NCBI GenBank assembly: GCA_024546615.1
Contig: GCA_024546615.1_5040.1
Length of the DNA stretch: 47,767 nt
Reading direction: 5' to 3' (one strand)
Source of the DNA: Escherichia coli
GTDB lineage: Bacteria; Pseudomonadota; Gammaproteobacteria; Enterobacterales; Enterobacteriaceae
Shown one piece after another: positions 1 to 8,443 of the stretch. The notes beneath the pieces were generated by a model. It did no database searches, was not told the DNA's origin, and saw only the letters and a list, made by a program, of their open reading frames with translations. Each line of letters begins with the position of its first letter. Position 1 is the stretch's first letter. The position numbers were made by a program, and so were the translations under genes.

Positions 1-35
1 GACATACCCCGAACGAGTTTTAACGGGGTATGTGG
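1..35. repeat. Right end of repeat copy B (continues from 47502-47767 across the window junction); contains hairpin ATACCCCG-N12-CGGGGTAT (4-31)
   Basis: Bases 1-35 match 15476-15510 with one mismatch; 8-bp inverted repeat read directly. Confidence 0.8.
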
Positions 36-94
36 CAATGACGGGACAGTCATGTTAAAATCGTGGCATTAGAGACAATAGCGTGGGGGCTATC

Positions 95-535
95 ATGACA
101 AGACCTCTGACTGAGAAACAGGAAGCATTCTGCCGCGCGTTTGTGGAAACGGGTAACGCAAGTGAGGCATATCGTCGCTCGTATGATGCGAAGAACATGG
201 GGCAGAACACCATCGCCGTGAAAGCATCGGAAATGCTCAACAAGGATAATATTTCGGTAAGACTGCGACAGTTGCGCGAGGTTCACCAGAAGCGCCACAA
301 TGTGACGGTTGATTCGCTCGTTGCAGAACTGGAAGAAATTAAAAACGTCGCACTGTCTGCCGAGACGCCGCAATCATCCGCAGCTGTGGCGGCAGTTCTC
401 GGTAAAGCGAAACTGATGGGACTGGATAAGCAACTGGTTCAGTTGTCCGGCGGTCTGGATAATGTGAATACAAATATCAATATTACCGCCGAAGATGTGA
501 AAGTATTTAAAAAGGCGTTTAACGATGAATTTTAA
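95..535 (+). CDS. Terminase small subunit
   Basis: N-terminal LTEKQEAFCRAFVETGNASEAYRRSY motif typical of terS; RBS GGGGGC before ATG 95 (track ORF starts at GTG 83); directly upstream of terL with overlapping stop/start. Confidence 0.8.
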   Translation: MTRPLTEKQEAFCRAFVETGNASEAYRRSYDAKNMGQNTIAVKASEMLNKDNISVRLRQLREVHQKRHNVTVDSLVAELEEIKNVALSAETPQSSAAVAAVLGKAKLMGLDKQLVQLSGGLDNVNTNINITAEDVKVFKKAFNDEF

Positions 536-1973
536 TTCTCCAAAAGAATTGAAATTACTACGCCTCGCACTTGAGGAAGATTTTACTTTATTTGCCCGTT
601 TCTTCTTCAAAGTTTTAAAAGGGACTAAATTTGTATTCAGTGAGCACCATCATGTAATTTGTGATGCGTTGATGGATGTATTTTACGGTCGCACCACTCA
701 TTTAATAATTAACATGCCGCCCCGTTATTCAAAAACCGAACTGGCTGTTAAATTATTTTCCGCATGGTGTTACGTTAAAAATCCAAAGTGTGAATTTATT
801 CACCTGTCGTATGCTGATATTCTCGCACTGGATAACTCCGAATCAATTAAATCAGTTTTGAAGTCTGAAGAGTTTCAAAAACTGTGGCCTCATGTGACCA
901 TTAAGGCGAACAAGGATTCGAAGAAAGCGTGGGGTACTGAGCAGGGCGGGGTATTTTACGCGACGGCTGCGGGCGGTCCTATCACGGGTTTTGGTGCGGG
1001 TAAGCTGGACGACTTTGAGAACGGTAACGGATTCGGTGGTGCAATCATCATCGATGACCCGTTGAAGCCAGATGATGCGTATTCTGACCCAAAACGTAAC
1101 GGTGTTAACCGTCGATGGGATGAGACCATCAAATCGCGTTTTAACTCCACGAAGACGCCCTGCATCGTCATCATGCAGCGTCTCCACGAAGAGGACTTCT
1201 GCGGAACACTGCTGAAGGATGAGGAATATAATTTCCGTCACCTGGTACTCCCCGCCATTGTTGATGAGGGTTTACCGACAGAGCGCGCATTGTGGCCACA
1301 GAAACACTCTCTGGACGCTCTCAAAGCGATGCAGAAGAAAAACTCGTACATGTTTTCCGGTCAGATGCAGCAACGCCCCTCACCGCTCGGAGGCGGCATT
1401 CTGAAGGGGTCATGGTTCGGACGCTACACCGTTGTGCCAAAGCTGAAATACAGGGCGATATTCATCGATACGGCACAGAAAGCCAAAGAGCACAATGACT
1501 ACCAGGTTGCTGAACTGTGGGGGCTTGGTGAAGATGGATACCTGTATCTCCTCGACGTCATGCGTGACAAGTTCGAAGCGTATGAGCTTGAGGTAAAAAT
1601 CCCTGACTTCTGGAACAAGCATCGCAACGACAAAAACGGTCGTTTGCGTTATATGGCTGTCGAGGATAAATCATCCGGTACAGAACTTATCCAGAAGATT
1701 CGCCGCAAAATTAAGCCCGTGATACCTGTGCGGGAGATACCACGTGGACCGGCGGCAAATAAATTAACCCGTGTGATGGACGTACAGGGTTACATTGAGT
1801 CAGGATATGTTAAGATACCTGAAGATGCCCCATGGGTTCATGACTTCGTTACGGAGTGTGAAGCGTTTACTGCTGATGACACACACGCTCATGATGACCA
1901 GATTGACCCAATGTGTGACGCAATTAGTCAAATGCTCCACAATGGCAAAGCAACCGTTTCGGAGATTTTATAA
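525..1973 (+). CDS. Terminase large subunit (ATPase plus C-terminal nuclease)
   Basis: 482 aa; P-loop-like PPRYSKTE, acidic IIIDDP, C-terminal DDTHAHDDQID nuclease-type motif; position after terS. Confidence 0.8.
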   Translation: MNFNSPKELKLLRLALEEDFTLFARFFFKVLKGTKFVFSEHHHVICDALMDVFYGRTTHLIINMPPRYSKTELAVKLFSAWCYVKNPKCEFIHLSYADILALDNSESIKSVLKSEEFQKLWPHVTIKANKDSKKAWGTEQGGVFYATAAGGPITGFGAGKLDDFENGNGFGGAIIIDDPLKPDDAYSDPKRNGVNRRWDETIKSRFNSTKTPCIVIMQRLHEEDFCGTLLKDEEYNFRHLVLPAIVDEGLPTERALWPQKHSLDALKAMQKKNSYMFSGQMQQRPSPLGGGILKGSWFGRYTVVPKLKYRAIFIDTAQKAKEHNDYQVAELWGLGEDGYLYLLDVMRDKFEAYELEVKIPDFWNKHRNDKNGRLRYMAVEDKSSGTELIQKIRRKIKPVIPVREIPRGPAANKLTRVMDVQGYIESGYVKIPEDAPWVHDFVTECEAFTADDTHAHDDQIDPMCDAISQMLHNGKATVSEIL

Positions 1974-1975
1974 AC

Positions 1976-3388
1976 ATGGCTAAGGCTGCTAAAACAAACC
2001 TTCATCTCATGCCAGCCCGGACTACCGATGGGCTGGTAAACGTTGTGTCCGGCTTAGGAACATGGAAAGCGAAACGCTCCCACAACATGTTCCAGTATGC
2101 TGCGCTGAATAACTGGCAACAACTTGACGCGGCTTACCAGACGAACTGGCTGGCTCGTCAGATTGTGGAAATACCCGCAGAGGATATGTGTCGTGAGTGG
2201 CGCACCATCAAGTGCAAGGAAGCTGATGACATCCGTATCGAAGAGGACCGCCTGATGGTCCCTGCCACCGTCCAGGAGGCTCTCACATGGGCACGTCTGT
2301 ACGGTGGTGGTGGTATTCTCATGCTGACCGGTCAGGACTTGTCAAAGCCGCTCGACGTGCGCCGTATTCGTAAAGGTGATTTGAAGCGTTGTATCGTGTT
2401 TGACCGTCATGACATGTCACCGCTCACTATGAACACCTGGGACATTCTGGCACCCAACTACATGATGCCGGAGTATTACACCATCACCGGCGGTGGGCAG
2501 CAAATCCACTGGACCCATTTTGCGCGTTTCAATGGTAAGCGTATCCCACGTCGCCAGATGGTCCAGACTCAGGGGTGGGGCGACAGTGAGTTACGCGTGT
2601 GCCTCGATGACATCATGGACATGGTTGCGTCGAAGGACGGCATTGCAGAACTGATGCAGGAAGCTAACGTCGATGTGGTTAAACGTGAAGGGCTGTCCGA
2701 TGAGTTAGCCAGTGACCAGGATGACGCAATTGTGTCGCGTTACACCCTGTTCAGTCAGATGAAATCACTGGTGCAGATGGCCCTGCTGGACGGTGATGAA
2801 TCGTATGAACGCAAGACGCTCGACCTGGGCGGTGTTGCACCGGTGCTTGAGACGTTCATGACGTGGATCAGTGGTGCAGCTGACATTCCTGTTACGCGCC
2901 TGTTCGGTACTTCAGCCAAAGGTTTAAACGCCACGGGTGAAGGTGACATGAACAACTACAATAACTCCATCCGCGCCAAACAGTTAACACAGGTTGACCC
3001 TGGGCTGCGCCAGCTTGATGAGGTGCTGGTGCGTAGCGCACTGGGTTACTGGCCTGACGACTTTAACTATGAGTGGCGACCACTCGCGCAACCTAACGAA
3101 TTACAGATTGCACAGGCCGCCAAAATCCGCGCTGATAAGGATATGCTGTATCTTGCCGAGGGGATAGTGAAGCCGTCACAAATCATGCGCAATCTCGAAT
3201 CATCTGAAGAATATCAGTTTGAAGATGGTGAGATAGATAAACAAGCTTCAGTTGAGTTGGATTACATCGCGTCTCCGCCCGATGACGAACCGAAACTCAC
3301 GGAACAACAGGACGCATTCTGGATACGTTATAACCAGTACGCGACTGATGGCTTGTCTCACGATGAGATAATGGCAAAACTATCCTAA
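1976..3388 (+). CDS. Portal protein (putative)
   Basis: 470 aa ORF immediately after terL; size and position typical; no motif check possible. Confidence 0.6.
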   Translation: MAKAAKTNLHLMPARTTDGLVNVVSGLGTWKAKRSHNMFQYAALNNWQQLDAAYQTNWLARQIVEIPAEDMCREWRTIKCKEADDIRIEEDRLMVPATVQEALTWARLYGGGGILMLTGQDLSKPLDVRRIRKGDLKRCIVFDRHDMSPLTMNTWDILAPNYMMPEYYTITGGGQQIHWTHFARFNGKRIPRRQMVQTQGWGDSELRVCLDDIMDMVASKDGIAELMQEANVDVVKREGLSDELASDQDDAIVSRYTLFSQMKSLVQMALLDGDESYERKTLDLGGVAPVLETFMTWISGAADIPVTRLFGTSAKGLNATGEGDMNNYNNSIRAKQLTQVDPGLRQLDEVLVRSALGYWPDDFNYEWRPLAQPNELQIAQAAKIRADKDMLYLAEGIVKPSQIMRNLESSEEYQFEDGEIDKQASVELDYIASPPDDEPKLTEQQDAFWIRYNQYATDGLSHDEIMAKLS

Positions 3389-4000
3389 TCTACCCGAGAT
3401 GTACCTTGCATACAGTCTCGAAGCGGTACATCTCGGGTATTTTTTGAAAAAGTAGAAGTATGCTTCTTGGTCGAATTTATTACCTTTCGAACGATTTATT
3501 TCTCTCGGCAATAGGCAGAGATTTTCCGAAGTATGTAACCCTCTGACATCCACGCCGCGCAACGGAATGATGTGGTCTACTTCGAGATTACCGCCAAGTA
3601 GCTTCGCGTATCGGTAAAGTTGCGAATAGACTTTTTCCACATCTTTACCGATTGAGGCCTGTGTTAAGTTTGCTCTTCTTTTGACCACTCTGGTTGCGAA
3701 CTTATCCTTGTTGGAAAGATAATGCCTTTTTGATTTATCAGCATACTTCTTGGGATTTTTTCTTTGCCAATCAATCACCCTTTCAATAATGACGTGTTTG
3801 TTTTGTTTGTAATACTCTTCTCTATATCGTGAAACTTTTTCTACGTTCTCGGATTGCCATTTCTTGTTGTATTGGGAAGTATGTGATTGATTCTGCTCAT
3901 TCCACTTTCTCTTGTACTCTTTTCTCATCTCTTTCCATTCTGAAATTCTAAGAGCATATTCGCTGTCTGTTTCAGTTTCTTTTTGCTTTGGTTTAGTCAT
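3380..4000 (-). CDS. HNH homing endonuclease
   Basis: C-terminal LEVDHIIPL...NLCLLPREINRSKGNKF HNH motif; basic N-terminus; RBS AGGTGG; inserted antisense between portal and head genes. Confidence 0.8.
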   Translation of the reverse strand: MTKPKQKETETDSEYALRISEWKEMRKEYKRKWNEQNQSHTSQYNKKWQSENVEKVSRYREEYYKQNKHVIIERVIDWQRKNPKKYADKSKRHYLSNKDKFATRVVKRRANLTQASIGKDVEKVYSQLYRYAKLLGGNLEVDHIIPLRGVDVRGLHTSENLCLLPREINRSKGNKFDQEAYFYFFKKYPRCTASRLYARYISGRLG

Positions 4001-4062
4001 GCTGTGCCACCTGTGATAATGTCGAAGTTAAAAAAAATCCCGACTTCCGCCGGGACATGTGG

Positions 4063-4629
4063 TTATGCTTTCCGATACCCCGCATCATACAGAATCTTAA
4101 CCGCACCGATTGACACGCCGGACAGCCGAACCATCTCATCAATCGCGCGTTCCGCTTCGGTGCGGAGTGGGCGCAGACGACCCGGTGCAAAACATGCAGA
4201 CCGTCCAGCACCTTTATCGTCCCAGTAAACGACCGCTACATCATTTCCGTCACTTGTGGTTTTATGTGCGATGACCTCAACAATTTCACCTTCCGCCGGA
4301 AGAATACCGTCGAAGTCAGTCTCTATGTCGTATGTACCAATGGTGAATTCCACATCAATACCAACCGGCGGCAAACCTGTTCCATCCCAGCCGACTGCCT
4401 CGTACTGTTCACGTGTGACAATTGCTGTTGCATGATTACACACCTGAGGTAAGTGACCAAGTAGCTTGTGACTTACGTGACTATCCATCCACTCATCATC
4501 TTCGTCTTTCTCCGGCTTATGGACGAAACCCCATACACTTCCTTCCTCTTCCTGTGCGATGAATTTAACACCCTCCGGCCAACCGCCACGCTTTGGTAAT
4601 TCCTGACGCAATAGTTCAAGTAATGTCAT
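4063..4629 (-). CDS. Acidic hypothetical protein (188 aa)
   Basis: About 34 D/E versus about 19 K/R; ATGA stop/start overlap with next gene; member of minus-strand operon driven by promoter at 5390-5418. Confidence 0.5.
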   Translation of the reverse strand: MTLLELLRQELPKRGGWPEGVKFIAQEEEGSVWGFVHKPEKDEDDEWMDSHVSHKLLGHLPQVCNHATAIVTREQYEAVGWDGTGLPPVGIDVEFTIGTYDIETDFDGILPAEGEIVEVIAHKTTSDGNDVAVVYWDDKGAGRSACFAPGRLRPLRTEAERAIDEMVRLSGVSIGAVKILYDAGYRKA

Positions 4630-4883
4630 TTTGTCTCTCCTGTTGCTTTAGCGATGGCTGCGCTGGCAAGCGACATTTCAGACTCATAGTGCTCATTCCA
4701 GTTTTGTTTTTGACCAGCCCGAAGCATTCTCCGCAACGCTTCCAGTAGTTCCGGAGCGGCGCAGAACAGTCTGGCGTCAGATTCGGTTTCTACTTGACCA
4801 ACAACCGTTACCCATTTTTCTGTTTCATCGGCAATGGTATATTCGCCAATGCTATCTTGCGTGTATACGAGCTTACGTGTCAT
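4626..4883 (-). CDS. Small acidic protein, paralog of 5056-5352
   Basis: Shares ELLEAL and C-terminal AAIAKATGETK with 5056-5352; duplicated DNA segment at gene 3' ends; RBS AGGAGA; start trimmed to MTRK. Confidence 0.5.
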   Translation of the reverse strand: MTRKLVYTQDSIGEYTIADETEKWVTVVGQVETESDARLFCAAPELLEALRRMLRAGQKQNWNEHYESEMSLASAAIAKATGETK

Positions 4884-5059
4884 CTCTCTTCTCCTGTTGC
4901 TTTTTGGATGCAAATAGCATCGAAACCACTATAGTTTTTATTGAAAATTGCACTTATGTTTTCAGCTGCCTTTTCACATGCATCATGATTAGAAAACTCA
5001 GCCGTTGTTACCGCTGGTCCTTGATATGACGCAACAATGATAAACAGAATCCATGTCAT
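4880..5059 (-). CDS. Small protein with hydrophobic N-terminus (about 59 aa)
   Basis: MTWILFIIVASYQG... read from minus strand; ATGA overlaps with neighbours; not in ORF track (below cutoff). Confidence 0.3.
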   Translation of the reverse strand: MTWILFIIVASYQGPAVTTAEFSNHDACEKAAENISAIFNKNYSGFDAICIQKATGEER

Positions 5060-5352
5060 TTTGTCTCTCCTGTTGCTTTAGCAATGGCTGCTTCAGCTTT
5101 CGAAGTGTTGACGTAAATACATGCGCGAGCTTGCAAATCCTGCAACGCTTCCAGTAGTTCTGAATTGATTTGGTATACGTCCGTTGCTAGCTCAACAATG
5201 TCAATGGTCGCGGAACCATCGCGTCCTTGTTCATCTTCACCGTATACTTCGAACTCACCGTTTAAAAAGTCTTCCGAACCGGATTCATACTGTGAAAGTT
5301 CGTATAAAAAATACATTGCATTGTTACCGTAGGTCAGTTCTCGTTTACCCAT
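5056..5352 (-). CDS. Small very acidic protein (98 aa)
   Basis: About 20 D/E versus 7 K/R; first gene after promoter 5390-5418; RBS AGGAGA; start trimmed from track ORF to MGKRELT. Confidence 0.5.
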   Translation of the reverse strand: MGKRELTYGNNAMYFLYELSQYESGSEDFLNGEFEVYGEDEQGRDGSATIDIVELATDVYQINSELLEALQDLQARACIYVNTSKAEAAIAKATGETK

Positions 5353-5389
5353 CTCTCTTCTCCTGTGATAATATTTAACTAACACGTAC

Positions 5390-5418
5390 ACTCTATACCA
5401 CACTGACGGAGTCGTCAA
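5390..5418 (-). promoter_or_regulatory. Sigma70-like promoter TTGACG-17-TAGAGT overlapping palindrome TGACGGAGTCGTCA
   Basis: -35 is rc of 5413-5418, -10 is rc of 5390-5395, spacer 17; drives minus-strand acidic gene operon. Confidence 0.55.
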
Positions 5419-5420
5419 GC

Positions 5421-6206
5421 ATGTCACGACAAACAGAGCTGAATTATTATCGCCAGTTGAAACAGGTTGCCCGGCTTGTTCGTGAGGATGTGGACGCCAA
5501 CATCGTACCACTGGTGAAACAGCTTGCGCCGGAGTACACCGCTGACGGCTGGAGCGATACTATCACCTCGGCAATTAACCAGTTGCTTACACGGTGGCTT
5601 GGTGCGTTTGCTCGTCGTCAGGCTGAAACCATTGCGTCACAGTTTGTACAGACTGCGGCAAAGGATAACGCCCGTACATTCGCTATCAATCTGTACGGCG
5701 GTGATACACAGTTGCAGGAATATCTCAGCGCCGCATCGTATCAGAACGCTAAACTTATTCAGTCTATCCCGGCTCAGTATCTGGAGCAGGTGCAGAACAT
5801 TGTCATGACCAACATGCGTAACGGTATGCGCCCCAGCTACATTGAGCAGGCACTTGTTAAGCAATTTGGTATCACGGAACGTCGCGCTAAACTTATCGCC
5901 CGGGACCAGACCAGTAAAATACAGGGCGACATGAACCGCATTCGTCAGACGAACAGCGGTATTGAGTATTTCAAATGGGTAACGTCACAGGATGAGCGTG
6001 TGCGTCACAGTCATGTTGAAGTTGCAAAGCGTGATGTGGGATTCGGTGAAGGTGTATTCCGCTGGGATGATTTACCGGTTGTCGATGGTGTACCAACATT
6101 TCCCGGTCAGCCAATAAATTGCCGCTGTGTGGCAAGACCAGTTACAGCGGCACAGGTGGAGCGTAACAAAAAGGCCGGTAAAACCGACCCAAATGTTAAG
6201 CGTTAA
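5421..6206 (+). CDS. Head morphogenesis protein, Mu F / SPP1 gp7-like
   Basis: C-terminal motif ERRAKLIARDQT...YFKWVTSQDERVRHSH...NCRC typical of Phage_Mu_F family. Confidence 0.8.
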   Translation: MSRQTELNYYRQLKQVARLVREDVDANIVPLVKQLAPEYTADGWSDTITSAINQLLTRWLGAFARRQAETIASQFVQTAAKDNARTFAINLYGGDTQLQEYLSAASYQNAKLIQSIPAQYLEQVQNIVMTNMRNGMRPSYIEQALVKQFGITERRAKLIARDQTSKIQGDMNRIRQTNSGIEYFKWVTSQDERVRHSHVEVAKRDVGFGEGVFRWDDLPVVDGVPTFPGQPINCRCVARPVTAAQVERNKKAGKTDPNVKR

Positions 6207-6355
6207 TCCGTTACTTTTACAGAAGCTGTGACAAGAATCGCAACGAAGAGAAACCATCCCCATCCTTCTTTACCATTGAAAGCCAACCAAGCAGAGCACA
6301 CTATTGCAAAAAGTGTCGGTAATTTTATCAACGCAACAATAATTATGTCTTTCAT
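6203..6355 (-). CDS. Small membrane protein (about 50 aa)
   Basis: MKDIIIVALIKLPTLFAIVCSAWLAF...; RBS GAGGTGGG; below track cutoff. Confidence 0.3.
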   Translation of the reverse strand: MKDIIIVALIKLPTLFAIVCSAWLAFNGKEGWGWFLFVAILVTASVKVTD

Positions 6356-6510
6356 TTCCCACCTCGCACAATGCGGCACATATCGTTATAGATGACCGGG
6401 TGTTTGCGACAACCGCATAGATTATTGTTGTGACAAGCTATCAAACTGATGTCTTTTCCGGCATACCTTTTAAACCACCAACGACGCCACAGAAACCACC
6501 TGAGTACAGT
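6356..6510 (-). CDS. Small Cys/Trp-rich protein (about 51 aa)
   Basis: RBS GGAAGGG then ATG on minus strand; MTVLRWFLWRRWWFKRY... Confidence 0.25.
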
Positions 6511-6616
6511 CATTTTCCCTTCCACGTTTCAATTAAACTTTCAATACCCAGGAACAGTAAGTAACCGAATACCAACGTTCCGAACCAGTGGTCGGCAATG
6601 AAGTTGAGTACGTCAA

Positions 6617-6805
6617 TCATTTCCCACGTCCTCTGAACACACGGTTTATCACTTCCCACAGTCCGGCAAATACAGCAACCGGACCAAATGCAACAATTGC
6701 CCACGCCTGCCACTTATATTCCAGTTCCATAGGCAGCGTGTTGATTGTTACTATAATTACCCACCCTGCAAGCAGAATAATCAGTACACCTTTAACAATA
6801 CCCAT
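6617..6805 (-). CDS. Small two-TM membrane protein with basic C-terminus (holin-like topology)
   Basis: 62 aa, two hydrophobic segments, C-terminal RVFRGRGK. Confidence 0.35.
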   Translation of the reverse strand: MGIVKGVLIILLAGWVIIVTINTLPMELEYKWQAWAIVAFGPVAVFAGLWEVINRVFRGRGK

Positions 6806-7002
6806 TAACCCAACACCTTATTAACAAGTTGATTCATCTCGACCCAGCGCTGAGATACTGACCCATCCTCTTTGGTTGCGGTGAATGTCACAATATCTTC
6901 GAGGGAGTTCATTTTGAAGTTTGTCACGGTGATGACGCCGTCCACATCGATAAATTTGTCATTGTTGCGGAGCATTACCGCCTTGATTGGTTTACAATTC
7001 AT
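6805..7002 (-). CDS. Hypothetical protein (65 aa)
   Basis: Tightly packed minus-strand ORF with overlapping stop/start. Confidence 0.4.
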   Translation of the reverse strand: MNCKPIKAVMLRNNDKFIDVDGVITVTNFKMNSLEDIVTFTATKEDGSVSQRWVEMNQLVNKVLG

Positions 7003-7190
7003 TTTCCATACGCCTCACGTAATGTAGCGTTAGCGAGCGCCCAATCTTCATGCTTGCGTGCAATCTGTTGTGCGGCCTTTAACAGTTCTTTATCGACAAT
7101 GCGCGCCTCTGATGCAGGGCGGTTGTAGCCTGGAAGTAATGTGTTATCCAATGGCAAGCTCCCATGCGGCTTTATTGTTGAGATATGCAC
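6999..7190 (-). CDS. Hypothetical protein (63 aa)
   Basis: Minus-strand ORF, ATGA-type overlap with neighbour. Confidence 0.4.
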   Translation of the reverse strand: MHISTIKPHGSLPLDNTLLPGYNRPASEARIVDKELLKAAQQIARKHEDWALANATLREAYGK

Positions 7191-7350
7191 ACGTGAGTCC
7201 AGATTTTTCCGTGATTATGAATATTCTACAACCAACATCGTCGATAATATGTCCGTATTTGTACTCCGATGATGTTGGTTTGAATTCGTAACACTTGCCA
7301 TTCGTTAAGTAATCACAATTAGTCGGTACGTTGTTTGTAAATACTTTCAT
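7144..7350 (-). CDS. Hypothetical protein (68 aa)
   Basis: Minus-strand ORF in small-gene block. Confidence 0.35.
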   Translation of the reverse strand: MKVFTNNVPTNCDYLTNGKCYEFKPTSSEYKYGHIIDDVGCRIFIITEKSGLTCAYLNNKAAWELAIG

Positions 7351-7468
7351 CTCTCAAACCCTCTCTGCTGTTGATAAACTGAGTATACGTCATCCCTGAC
7401 GAACCCGTCAACATAAATATTTAACCCAAATCACAACGCCGACACAAAGTAGGAGGTAGTCCATAGTG

Positions 7469-7669
7469 TCACTCCTGCGGCGGCTCGGGTAACGGTTGCC
7501 AGTGGGTTACATATTTACCGTAGTGATTCCAGAACGACTTTCTCCCGTCGTCAGGAACAATGTAGTAGTCGTGCTGAACTGCGTTATTCAACGTTTCATA
7601 CACCAGGAACTCTTTATCGGTACTACCGTTACCCGGCAACATCTCACTACACTTAATCCAGTTTGCCAT
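7469..7669 (-). CDS. DUF551-like protein (paralog of 40954-41157)
   Basis: MANWIKCSEMLPGNG...W...PLPEPP matches MSEWIKCSEQMPEPG...W..MPEAP of 40954-41157. Confidence 0.55.
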   Translation of the reverse strand: MANWIKCSEMLPGNGSTDKEFLVYETLNNAVQHDYYIVPDDGRKSFWNHYGKYVTHWQPLPEPPQE

Positions 7670-7847
7670 ACAATGTCCCCACTCGTTTTAAATCGCGCCG
7701 TGCGTGACAGCTATAAGTACCATCGTCCCACTGCACATAGTAGCGCGGTGGCTCATCAGTCATTACGTTTGCGACAACACCCGTAACGACACCGTTGGGG
7801 AACAACTTCACAAGTGTTCCGGTTGGATAACGTGGAATGGTTGTCAT
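7653..7847 (-). CDS. Hypothetical protein (64 aa)
   Basis: Minus-strand ORF upstream of DUF551-like gene. Confidence 0.4.
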   Translation of the reverse strand: MTTIPRYPTGTLVKLFPNGVVTGVVANVMTDEPPRYYVQWDDGTYSCHARRDLKRVGTLYGKLD

Positions 7848-7974
7848 AATTACTCACCCTCATACAGCGGTTTCAGTTGATACCCGAACATGACAGCGTT
7901 GTTATGCGCCACACTGCCCGCGCGGACCAGATATGTCGTACCGCGGTTGGTTGTCACTTCGTATGCGTATGGTT

Positions 7975-8340
7975 TCATTTGTCACCCTCCGACAGTTCAT
8001 CAATCAGACGCTCCAGATACCAGCGGGCCTTTTTCACATCTTCCAGACCGTTCTTCTCTTCGTAGCGCCACAGGTATTTAACAACGTTTGCCACACATAC
8101 CGCCTCGATACCAGTTTTACCAACCGTGGCGGCTTCGATAGCATCGATACACTCAATACCACCTTGTGTGTAGTGTGACGGATGATTGACCATGTCATTG
8201 ACTGCTACGGGTTCACGTTGGGCGATGATTTTTGATGTTTCCTCATGACTATTATATTGACAAACATAGTCACTGTTTACATTTTTAAACCTATCACCCA
8301 GTGAATAACCCTCGGAGCAATAATGCCTATCGGAGTACAC
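7975..8340 (-). CDS. Hypothetical protein (121 aa)
   Basis: First gene of minus-strand block downstream of promoter at 8462-8490. Confidence 0.5.
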   Translation of the reverse strand: MYSDRHYCSEGYSLGDRFKNVNSDYVCQYNSHEETSKIIAQREPVAVNDMVNHPSHYTQGGIECIDAIEAATVGKTGIEAVCVANVVKYLWRYEEKNGLEDVKKARWYLERLIDELSEGDK

Positions 8341-8443
8341 GTCACGATATAGTGCCCAATCCGGCGCACCTTCGAAGTCCTTTTCGCTACCTTTAATGTA
8401 TCACCATGTGGTCATGTTGTATCTCCTATGAAATATATGTATT

